Assembly (NCBI RefSeq): GCF_023238205.1
Contig: NZ_CP096659.1
Coordinates: forward strand, 1,791,626 to 1,815,625
Direction of reading: 5' to 3'
Source of the DNA: Halorussus limi
GTDB taxonomy: Archaea > Halobacteriota > Halobacteria > Halobacteriales > Haladaptataceae
Length of the DNA: 24,000 bases
The translations under genes and the position numbers were made by a program. The first letter of the stretch is position 1, and each line of letters begins with the position of its first letter. The notes beneath the pieces are model-generated. The model made no database searches, was not told the DNA's origin, and saw nothing but the letters and a program-made list of their open reading frames with translations. This document shows positions 1 through 7,378 of this stretch, piece by piece.

Positions 1-204
1 GTTTTGGAGCCGACTCGTAGGTAGTTACTCATCTGAATCTGAGTAGCTCTATCACCTTTATTGCGGAGTCCGCTTTTTGAGTGCAGAGTGCTGATTAGGA
101 TACCATCGACGATTTGAGATAATTCCTGTGAATCCTCCTATCGCAGCCGTAAGAAAGAGAGCCGAAGGCACACTTTGAAATAAAATTGACTGTTAGTCAA
201 TGCT

Positions 205-1269
205 GTGATATTCAGTGTCAGCGGAGATGAGGGTACTCTCGAGGATATAGAGGAGAAAGATCTCGCGGATTTAGGTTTCCTTGAGCGCCAGGATCTCCAA
301 AAGTGGGCTATCGAAGAACCACGAATCCTCGGAGAGGATCTCCTCATCATCACTTCCGAGTACGCTAATTTCGAGGATACACGCGACCGATTAGACATCC
401 TCGCCTTAGATTCACAGGGTAAGCTAGTCATTGTAGAACTGAAACGGGACCGTGCGGATCGAACTACGGATCTCCAAGCTATCAAGTATGCTAGCTACTG
501 CGCGACCCTCACGGCCGAGGACATCCAGAAAGACCATCGGGAGTTCTGGAATGACCGGAACGACGACTCCATCGGACCTGAGGAAGTCGGTCAAACGTTC
601 GCAGATTTCTTAGACGACAGCGTCACTGGAGAGGTCCCCCTGACGGACAATGGATGGGCGAATTTCGAGCTCGACGATAAGCCTAGAATCTTGTTGGCTG
701 CGGGGAGCTTCGGAACCGAAATTACCTCGCCTGTGATGTGGCTCATTGAGGAGTACGGGATGGAGATTACCTGTACCCGTATTGAAGCCTACGAACACCA
801 AGACCGAATCCTCCTGAACAGCCAGCAGGTCATCCCCGTATCCGAAGCAGAGGAGTACATGACCAAGCGACGAGAGAAACAAGAGAAACAGGAGTCAACC
901 AGTCGCCGTAAGTGGGCGCTTCCCGTCCTCCTTGATCGCGGCGTTCTAGTTCCTGGTGATATCGTTGTCTTTGACGAAGAACAAGTGCCTGAGGGAGTCA
1001 AGCGGGAGTGGAACCCAGAAGATGAGTTTTGGCGGGCGCGAATCACGGGTGAAACGGGCCAGCAGGACAACGTAGAATGGTTACATGACGGTAACACCTA
1101 CTCCTTCACTGGTCTCACGAAAGAGCTTCTCCACCAACTTGTGAATCGCGACCGAGATAAGACGCTTAACGGGTACACGTACTGGTGCCATCCGGAGTTC
1201 GACGACCGGACGCTTAGTAATCTCCGCAATAGCAAAGTCACCGCCCCTGACCGAGAAGAGCCGATGTAG
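205..1269 (+). CDS. PD-(D/E)XK nuclease-like protein (NucS/DUF91-like N-terminal region) with a possible RAMA/DUF4357-like C-terminal region
   Basis: 354-aa ORF; 'RLDILALDSQGKLVIVELKRDRADRTTDLQAIKYASYCATL' fits D...ExK of PD-(D/E)XK; C-terminal '..GVLVPGDIVVF...LNGYTYWCHPE' resembles DNA-modification-associated reader domains. Confidence 0.7.
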   Translation: MIFSVSGDEGTLEDIEEKDLADLGFLERQDLQKWAIEEPRILGEDLLIITSEYANFEDTRDRLDILALDSQGKLVIVELKRDRADRTTDLQAIKYASYCATLTAEDIQKDHREFWNDRNDDSIGPEEVGQTFADFLDDSVTGEVPLTDNGWANFELDDKPRILLAAGSFGTEITSPVMWLIEEYGMEITCTRIEAYEHQDRILLNSQQVIPVSEAEEYMTKRREKQEKQESTSRRKWALPVLLDRGVLVPGDIVVFDEEQVPEGVKREWNPEDEFWRARITGETGQQDNVEWLHDGNTYSFTGLTKELLHQLVNRDRDKTLNGYTYWCHPEFDDRTLSNLRNSKVTAPDREEPM

Positions 1270-1271
1270 AC

Positions 1272-2222
1272 TCAATCTATCTGGCGAAGCCGTTCCGGGA
1301 AAACGTCATGAAACCGTTTGCCGTATTCTAACATCCAGTCGAAATACTCATCCCACTGCTCTCGATTTTCGATGTCAGCTTCACGAGCCACGCGAATATT
1401 ACTCCGCATATTACCCCCACGTGTCTCCCGGGGTTCAACCCACTCAACATCCGTCCTCAATTCGCTTTCGATTGCCTCTTTCTCGGATTTCAGCCCTTGG
1501 AATGCCTCTTCATTGTCCTTGATAATGAGTTCAAGTCTGAGGTCCTGTTCTTTCCAATAGATGCCGAATGAGATGTGGTACCCGCTTTTCCCGATTGGAT
1601 TGCTATAATAGTGACGTGGTTTTGGCTTTCGTGCTCGAAGAGGAGATGATGAGGCTTGAATACGATTCCGAAACTCGGTCCAGAACTCCTCTTGAAGCTG
1701 TTTCGTTTCGCTCAGTTCACCCTCCCTCCGTTTCGCTTTCTCCTTCCATTCACTCGGCTTTTCAACTGGATTCAGACGGACAGCGGGTGGAGAGTCTTCG
1801 ATGCGCCATACCTCGAGACGAATCGCAAATAGGTCTACACCTTCTCGACTATTCTCGTTAACCCATTGGACGGCATCTCGATGCTCGTCGTTGAATCTGG
1901 GGGCGACCCAGACGATGATGTCAGCGTCAACCCCAGCAGCGTACGCTATCGCTTTACCGAGGTGGTCATGGTCAGAGTCATTCAACTGATTCTCGATAAC
2001 TACGTTCCGCCCATCATCAATAACTCGTGCAAAAATGTCAACGTTGTACTTTCCGACACTCTTCTCGCGCTCAATCACTTCTAAATCTAAGCCAAGTACA
2101 TTCTCCAGTTCAGAAGAGTCTTCAGCTACTATCTCCTCAGCTAGCCAAGGAGTGAATTCGCGTTCCTCATGTTCCCAGTAATCTCGTACGTCTTGAGAGG
2201 TAAGTGACGCGAAACTGGACAT
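1272..2222 (-). CDS. DUF4268-like protein with PD-(D/E)XK-like N-terminal domain
   Basis: 316-aa ORF; 'VGKYNVDIFARVIDDGRNVVIENQLNDSDHDHLGKAIAYAAG' then 'YHISFGIYWKEQDLRLELIIKDNEEAF..L'; convergent with the preceding ORF, 2-nt gap. Confidence 0.75.
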   Translation of the reverse strand: MSSFASLTSQDVRDYWEHEEREFTPWLAEEIVAEDSSELENVLGLDLEVIEREKSVGKYNVDIFARVIDDGRNVVIENQLNDSDHDHLGKAIAYAAGVDADIIVWVAPRFNDEHRDAVQWVNENSREGVDLFAIRLEVWRIEDSPPAVRLNPVEKPSEWKEKAKRREGELSETKQLQEEFWTEFRNRIQASSSPLRARKPKPRHYYSNPIGKSGYHISFGIYWKEQDLRLELIIKDNEEAFQGLKSEKEAIESELRTDVEWVEPRETRGGNMRSNIRVAREADIENREQWDEYFDWMLEYGKRFHDVFPERLRQID

Positions 2223-2377
2223 ACACCAGTAACAGCACGTAGTGACAAAAAGCTAGGTTCGTTTTTGATTGGGAGTATCTTAGCCGTTAGAAGACGAGAG
2301 CTGACGGTACTCTTGACTCAAACCATGAGTTTGAGAACAACTCTACTCGCAGATAACCTTGAGACATAGATGGAAAT

Positions 2378-2599
2378 TCAACATTCGCACTGGAAATTCT
2401 GGGTGAAAACGCCATCCAATGCTTCTATGGGAATGTCAGCAGTACGAATCAGAATAGAGACCATCTCCACTTCATCGAGCAGCTTGAGCAATAACTGGCC
2501 GTTCTCGGTAATTTGGTAAACCTTCTTCCCTCGATCCTCTTCTCGCTCATACTTTACCTCGACCATCTTGATATCCTGAAACTTGTCCAATTTGAACAT
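2378..2599 (-). CDS. Short winged-helix-like transcriptional regulator, possibly a truncated remnant
   Basis: 'KMVEVKYEREEDRGKKVYQITENGQLLLKLL' resembles the wing plus C-terminal helix of PadR/ArsR-type wHTH; no room for a full N-terminal HTH before the upstream in-frame stop. Confidence 0.4.
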   Translation of the reverse strand: MFKLDKFQDIKMVEVKYEREEDRGKKVYQITENGQLLLKLLDEVEMVSILIRTADIPIEALDGVFTQNFQCEC

Positions 2600-2740
2600 G
2601 CCCTTCTTATTGACCCAGAGAGCATCTGAGGCTTATCCGGTTTGCTATATCAGTGTGTGCGTCAAAGTGGCCTAAGCACTCGCTGGACCGAAAAACCGGC
2701 CTTTGAGGAGACGGTTCAATGAGGGGGTTGAAGAGTGCGT

Positions 2741-2774
2741 CTGTACGTACACGCATGGCCGTACGTACGTACAG
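2741..2774. repeat. Perfect 10-bp inverted repeat rich in GTAC
   Basis: CTGTACGTAC (2741-2750) ... GTACGTACAG (2765-2774). Confidence 0.75.
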
Positions 2775-2954
2775 GGGTTTAGATGGTTGCCTGTTTTCTG
2801 CTCCGTGGCGAGGGATACGCGACGAATAGAAGAGACTACGCAGCGTCGATGAGCTCGCATTCGTCGTCAAATAGTTCGGTGTCGACTGAGTGTTCGACGG
2901 ACCCTTAGGTCACCCAGTCGCACCGGGAAAAAGCTCTTTAGTGTAAGTATCTAT

Positions 2955-3596
2955 ATGATTAGTGTGCCTAATTCAGAGAAAATAATAGCCTGGATCCAAG
3001 CGTTCCTTACACAATCGTTCATCCGACTCTTCAAACGGTCAAAACCGGAGGAAAAAGAAGAGCTTTCACTACTGGACGAACCGACCACCGTCTATCCGTT
3101 TCGGAGTGACAGGGCTCTTTTTGGCCAAGCAACTCCGTTCGACACGATCATCTGGAACAAAACCCGGACAGAGAAACTGTCGAAGAAGGCCAAACGACTT
3201 GTGCTCCATCATGAGTGTAGCCACAGAGACCGAAACCCAATCTACAAGGGAGTGTTCCTTGGGATGGCCGTGTCGTTTGCCGCCGGGTGTCTGCTACTCC
3301 TCAAGGCTGTATTAGCCCTCCTTCTCGGGGCATCTTTGCACAACCTGATGCAACCGACAGCCGTTGCCTTCACTATGATGGGGACGTTTCTGGTCCTCTT
3401 CCGGATCGAAGAGACCATCGCAGACTACCATGCGCTCTGCGAGCTGGGCGAAGAAGGGTTCATCGACGCATACGAGGAAATCGCACTCATGAGTGATAAT
3501 TCTCTCCGGAATCAGATTATGGGAAAGCTACTTTACACCCACCCTGAGGATACTGTCCGCATCTACCGATTGCGTCAGCGGTTTGCTCCGTCGTAA
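2955..3596 (+). CDS. Small membrane-associated HExxH zinc metalloprotease-like protein (M48-like)
   Basis: 'VLHHECSHRDRNP' contains HECSH (HExxH); two hydrophobic segments; 'EETIADYHAL' positioned like the third-ligand ExxxD of M48-type proteases. Confidence 0.6.
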   Translation: MISVPNSEKIIAWIQAFLTQSFIRLFKRSKPEEKEELSLLDEPTTVYPFRSDRALFGQATPFDTIIWNKTRTEKLSKKAKRLVLHHECSHRDRNPIYKGVFLGMAVSFAAGCLLLLKAVLALLLGASLHNLMQPTAVAFTMMGTFLVLFRIEETIADYHALCELGEEGFIDAYEEIALMSDNSLRNQIMGKLLYTHPEDTVRIYRLRQRFAPS

Positions 3597-3638
3597 GTGA
3601 TTATCTCACCCCCACCTACCATGTCGGTTGAATCGGAA

Positions 3639-4022
3639 TTATTGTGCACTAATCCAACAACCCCCGATACACACCAATAGCTGTTTTTGATCTGGAGTAA
3701 GACGTCCGCTATCGAGCTGATCTTCAATTTCATCCGGAATAGAAACTGGGTTCTGGGCGGTTGGATTTTTAGAGGGTTCTTCGTCCTTTGAAGGGTTTTC
3801 AGGTACTACCTCTGAATCTCCAGTCTGACCTTCAGACGACGGTTCTGCTTCTACAGACGACTCATCAGAAGAAGTGCTTGCTTCCTTGGACTCTTCGCCC
3901 CCATCAGCTCTTGTCGTGGAGTCAGAACGGAATTGATTGACACACCCGAGTGCACAAACGCCAAATCCGACCGGGTCGTTCGGTACTGGAAGGTCTGGAA
4001 AATCAATCGGAATGTCTGTCAT
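3639..4022 (-). CDS. Small acidic protein with terminal CxxxC motifs
   Basis: ATG at 4022 (MTDIPIDFPDLPVP...); 20-nt overlap with the upstream PRC-like gene end; 'VCALGC' near the N-terminus and 'VCIGGC' near the C-terminus. Confidence 0.5.
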   Translation of the reverse strand: MTDIPIDFPDLPVPNDPVGFGVCALGCVNQFRSDSTTRADGGEESKEASTSSDESSVEAEPSSEGQTGDSEVVPENPSKDEEPSKNPTAQNPVSIPDEIEDQLDSGRLTPDQKQLLVCIGGCWISAQ

Positions 4023-4575
4023 TGTCCTTCTCCTTATATTGAAGAACTGCATCACGAACCTCGGAATCTTCTAACGCTTTTTTACCTTCATCCTCAACGT
4101 TTTCAACGCGCTTAGCGAGCTCTTCTTCAGTCATGTCCGTTTGTTCAAGAGCTCTCTCGATATCTCCCTCTGATAGAGCCTCGGCAAATGCATCTGTATC
4201 CTCAGATTTCTTGAAAAGAGATAATGTTGTGCCGAGGAACCTGAGAAATTGGGTGTGTTCCTTTAGACGTTGACGCCAACTACTCGAATCATCTACCGAA
4301 TCTGACGAAGCGACTGAAGATCCGCTGGTAACGGTTACACGTTTAAGCCGGATTTCATCGTCTGACACACTGGCAATTCTTGCTTCTGATACAGGGTACC
4401 CTGTTTTTCTCCTGGACTCTTCTAAATCCAGTTTTGATTTTATACGGTCTGTAAGAGTGGTGTCTGGGTCGACATACGCTATGTCGTCCTCGACATCCGC
4501 GACCGTTCCAACACGATTACCATCTGCATCCAACACGGGTTTGCCGACATCACTTTCTGAAATCTGTACAGCCAT
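4003..4575 (-). CDS. PRC-barrel-like domain protein
   Basis: 'MAVQISESDVGKPVLDADGNRVGTVADVEDDIAYVDPD' matches the N-terminal PRC-barrel pattern; C-terminal acidic/coiled region; track ORF extends to 4590. Confidence 0.6.
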   Translation of the reverse strand: MAVQISESDVGKPVLDADGNRVGTVADVEDDIAYVDPDTTLTDRIKSKLDLEESRRKTGYPVSEARIASVSDDEIRLKRVTVTSGSSVASSDSVDDSSSWRQRLKEHTQFLRFLGTTLSLFKKSEDTDAFAEALSEGDIERALEQTDMTEEELAKRVENVEDEGKKALEDSEVRDAVLQYKEKDNDRHSD

Positions 4576-4711
4576 GTTATCCGATACCATAGGTGGGGAT
4601 ATTGTATTTGCGGAAAATGACAGGTGTGTTAGGGATAGTTAGAGGTCCGATATTACGATTTCAGCCACGATTAAGATAGAGGAATGAATGGATTCTAGTA
4701 ATCACATGGTA

Positions 4712-5116
4712 TGAAACCCAGGTCACGTAAGCGGAGAGCTGTCAGAGTTCAAAGTAGCTCAGGACTTAATCGAGAACAATTGTCGTGTCTGTTATACCCC
4801 CGGACAGTACCCGTACGATCTCATTGGAGACCACGACGGAGAACTCTTCAAGATACAAGTAAAGACGGCGAAGAAGAAGCCCAATCAGACCCAAGCATAC
4901 CAGATTCGAACGAAGGGATACGACGGAGATGATGTCGACTTATTCGCGGGCTACATCTCGGAGAAAGACACGGAGTTCTACTTCCCGTACGAAGAGGCTG
5001 GTTCGTACTGCTCGGTGACGTTCACACCACGATACTCCCTCTCCGACCACAACGCAGAACTGGCCCATTTGGCCGACGACCACACGTTCGAGAGTGTGGT
5101 TGACCGTCTCCTATAA
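4712..5116 (+). pseudogene. PD-(D/E)XK endonuclease-like protein (group I intron-associated type), probably frameshifted just after the start codon
   Basis: Manual frame-2 translation: NPGHVSGELSEFKVAQDLIENNCRVCYTPGQYPYDLIGDHDGELFKIQVKTAKKKPNQTQAYQIRTKGYDGDDVDLFAGYISEKDTEFYFPYEEAGSYCSVTFTPRYSLSDHNAELAHLADDHTFESVVDRLL*. 'YDLIG..GELFKIQVKTA' fits D...QxK; no in-frame start near the N-terminus, but ATG at 4711 is +1 out of frame. Confidence 0.65.
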
Positions 5117-5117
5117 C

Positions 5118-5402
5118 TCAGTATTTCTCCATCGCCCGGAGAGCCTTCTCAGGCAACTCTGCGAGGTGCTCCTTGTTCTGGTAGTGGGGGTCTCGCTCGT
5201 CCTCCTTATCTTCTTGGTCGCTCTCGTGGGTGGAGTGGTGTTCGTTAGAGGGTTCGGGGACGGAGAGTTCACCGTGCCGACGGTTGTGAATCCGTTGCAT
5301 CGGTGTGTTGCCGGAGTCACGTGATGGCCGCTTGTCGCCGACGGTACTGGGTTTCGAATCGCCAATATCGTGGTGCTTGTCGGAACGACGTTTCTTCCCC
5401 AT
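5118..5402 (-). CDS. Hypothetical small charged protein
   Basis: ORF fits snugly between neighbours, convergent with 4712-5116; low-complexity Lys/Arg/Asp/Glu-rich; no recognisable domain. Confidence 0.3.
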   Translation of the reverse strand: MGKKRRSDKHHDIGDSKPSTVGDKRPSRDSGNTPMQRIHNRRHGELSVPEPSNEHHSTHESDQEDKEDERDPHYQNKEHLAELPEKALRAMEKY

Positions 5403-5475
5403 GACCTGACGTTTCAAAGAGCCACCATAAAAAGTTAGTCCCGAACCGCGTTCTCCAGAGATGGTGGAGCTCAGT

Positions 5476-5495
5476 CACCGTTGTTGGTGGCATGT
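5476..5495 (+). repeat. Dispersed 20-bp motif copy 1
   Basis: CACCGTTGTTGGTGGCATGT. Confidence 0.75.
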
Positions 5496-5571
5496 AAGTA
5501 GCAGGTGCAAATGTGACTCGGGATATAGAAAACCAGTACTTACTAACCACGAGGGTTCTTTAGAGGTGTAC

Positions 5572-7068
5572 ATGAATTCTCGGGATCGGACTCTGGATGA
5601 ATTAGTGGAGCAGTTTATGGCAAACCCGGGGTCGGCCGAGTCAGAACAATTAGATTTCAAAGCTAAGGAAATAGTTGAGTCCACCGAAGGTAAGCGCGAT
5701 CTTGCGAAGAAAGCGTCTGCAATCGCCAACACAAACGGAGGGACAATTGTCGTTGGAGTGGGTGAAGGTAGTCGTGAAGATATTATTCAGTCGTTCGATG
5801 CTCGATCTGAAATCAAGCGTGATCTTGCGAGCGTATTCCGAGATAACACAAAACCGCCCTTAGACCGACTAACAGAGATAAATATAGAGACGTTGTCGAT
5901 GGGTGCTCGACTGCTAAGGATTGATATTCAGCCTTCTAATACATATCCGATTGAGTTCTATAATCGAGATTCCGACGAATATGTCCCATATCACCGTGTT
6001 GAAGATACGACTCGCGAGATGGCTACTAGTGACATTGTAGAATTCACGAAAAGGCATTCACAGCCGGGAGCAAGTGGGGAGGTTGATCTTGAGGAGTCAA
6101 TCACCGTCAGGACATCTGATATTCAGCTATTCAATGACTCAGACCCAAGAAAATCGCCTGACCATCGGGCAATCCTAAATATAGATCAACACGGTTTGGT
6201 TGTACCAGCAAAGGCATATATTGATAATTCATTCCACAAGTCTTTGACTTTTCATGTGGAAAAGCGCGCTGAGAAAAGAGGTCTTTCGGGTTTGAAGGGA
6301 TTACTGAGGGAAGCCGAGGAGGAATTGAATGCCGATCTCGGATTTGACTTTGGATACGCGATTAAATACGGAACAAAGGAGCTTATCGGAAGAAATTCCG
6401 ATAACTATATTCAGGATATCCAAAACCTTGAGAAAACACTTGAGTTGTTAGGCTGGGAGGACAACAGCGACCCTCGACCCATTGCTATCGCGGGAACACG
6501 ATGTGATTTCGGATTCATTTGGTTTCAGGCTCAATATCATACTGGTAGTCTCTCAAGAATCAAATGCGGACTGATGATGAGTGATATTCCAATAAATAAC
6601 AGCCCACTTAGTTCCGTATTCGGCAACGAGTGGTATGAGCAACACAATTCCCTGAGAAGCGTTCAGCTACGACTGCGTGGCGATGAGGTATCATTATCAA
6701 ACCCAAGAGAGGTTCTTTTAGATGAATCCAGTGGTGCAGGCCGGACAGAGATAATCGCAGATAATCCGTACTTCCAAAATAAGGAAGCAATACTGGAATC
6801 CATAGATAATGACGCTCTTGAACCCTTTATAAATGCAATCTGTGCTGTCGATAGATTACCCTTCGATGTGCGCGGGGGCTACTCCAGTAAGGACATATAT
6901 CACTCTGTCGGCGAGATTCAAATGAGCTATATTCACGCTGTTGTACCTGCATACTTTGTCTGGCCAATGTCTGATCCTCACGTAGTACCTCCCTCTGAAG
7001 ATCCTCCAACCCCGGACTGGCTCGACTCGCTTGGCTCAGACGATGCAGACGAGCGTTCCGATGAATAG
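5572..7068 (+). CDS. AlbA_2/Schlafen-like putative DNA/RNA-binding domain protein
   Basis: 'SEQLDFKAKEIVESTEGKRDLAKKASAIANTNGGTIVVGVGEG' is a typical AlbA_2 signature; ATG at 5572 is in frame with the track ORF 5461-7068. Confidence 0.8.
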   Translation: MNSRDRTLDELVEQFMANPGSAESEQLDFKAKEIVESTEGKRDLAKKASAIANTNGGTIVVGVGEGSREDIIQSFDARSEIKRDLASVFRDNTKPPLDRLTEINIETLSMGARLLRIDIQPSNTYPIEFYNRDSDEYVPYHRVEDTTREMATSDIVEFTKRHSQPGASGEVDLEESITVRTSDIQLFNDSDPRKSPDHRAILNIDQHGLVVPAKAYIDNSFHKSLTFHVEKRAEKRGLSGLKGLLREAEEELNADLGFDFGYAIKYGTKELIGRNSDNYIQDIQNLEKTLELLGWEDNSDPRPIAIAGTRCDFGFIWFQAQYHTGSLSRIKCGLMMSDIPINNSPLSSVFGNEWYEQHNSLRSVQLRLRGDEVSLSNPREVLLDESSGAGRTEIIADNPYFQNKEAILESIDNDALEPFINAICAVDRLPFDVRGGYSSKDIYHSVGEIQMSYIHAVVPAYFVWPMSDPHVVPPSEDPPTPDWLDSLGSDDADERSDE

Positions 7069-7174
7069 CTGAATTCAGTATCGAGAACGGCCTCTGTACT
7101 GATACTCTCCGCCGATTTCCCACTTTTCTGAAATTGACACCTCTGGTCGAGTCACAGTCACCGACGCCGCTACC

Positions 7175-7194
7175 CACCGCTGCTGGTGGCATGT
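7175..7194 (+). repeat. Dispersed 20-bp motif copy 2
   Basis: CACCGCTGCTGGTGGCATGT. Confidence 0.75.
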
Positions 7195-7378
7195 GCGTCC
7201 TCTCGGGGTTACGGCACCCCATTTAAAGGAAAGAGTGTAATCACAGGAAGGCGGTGGGTTGTGTCGATGGCGGGGAAAGAGATCGTGTATTAGTATTCTA
7301 ATATACGGTTTCTTTCGCGGCCTGTTTGGAAAATCGCCAGAGTGCGGTCGATTCTGGCTGTTTTATTTAAGTAAGGGT

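Noticed and set aside
138-485. Minus-strand 115-aa ORF
   Set aside because: Antisense to the N-terminus of the 205-1269 nuclease-like gene; Ser/Arg-rich artefact.
2607-2870. Minus-strand ORFs 2607-2870 and 2672-2860
   Set aside because: They run through the GTAC palindrome and have Cys/Arg/Ser-rich translations lacking haloarchaeal acidic bias; more likely noncoding.
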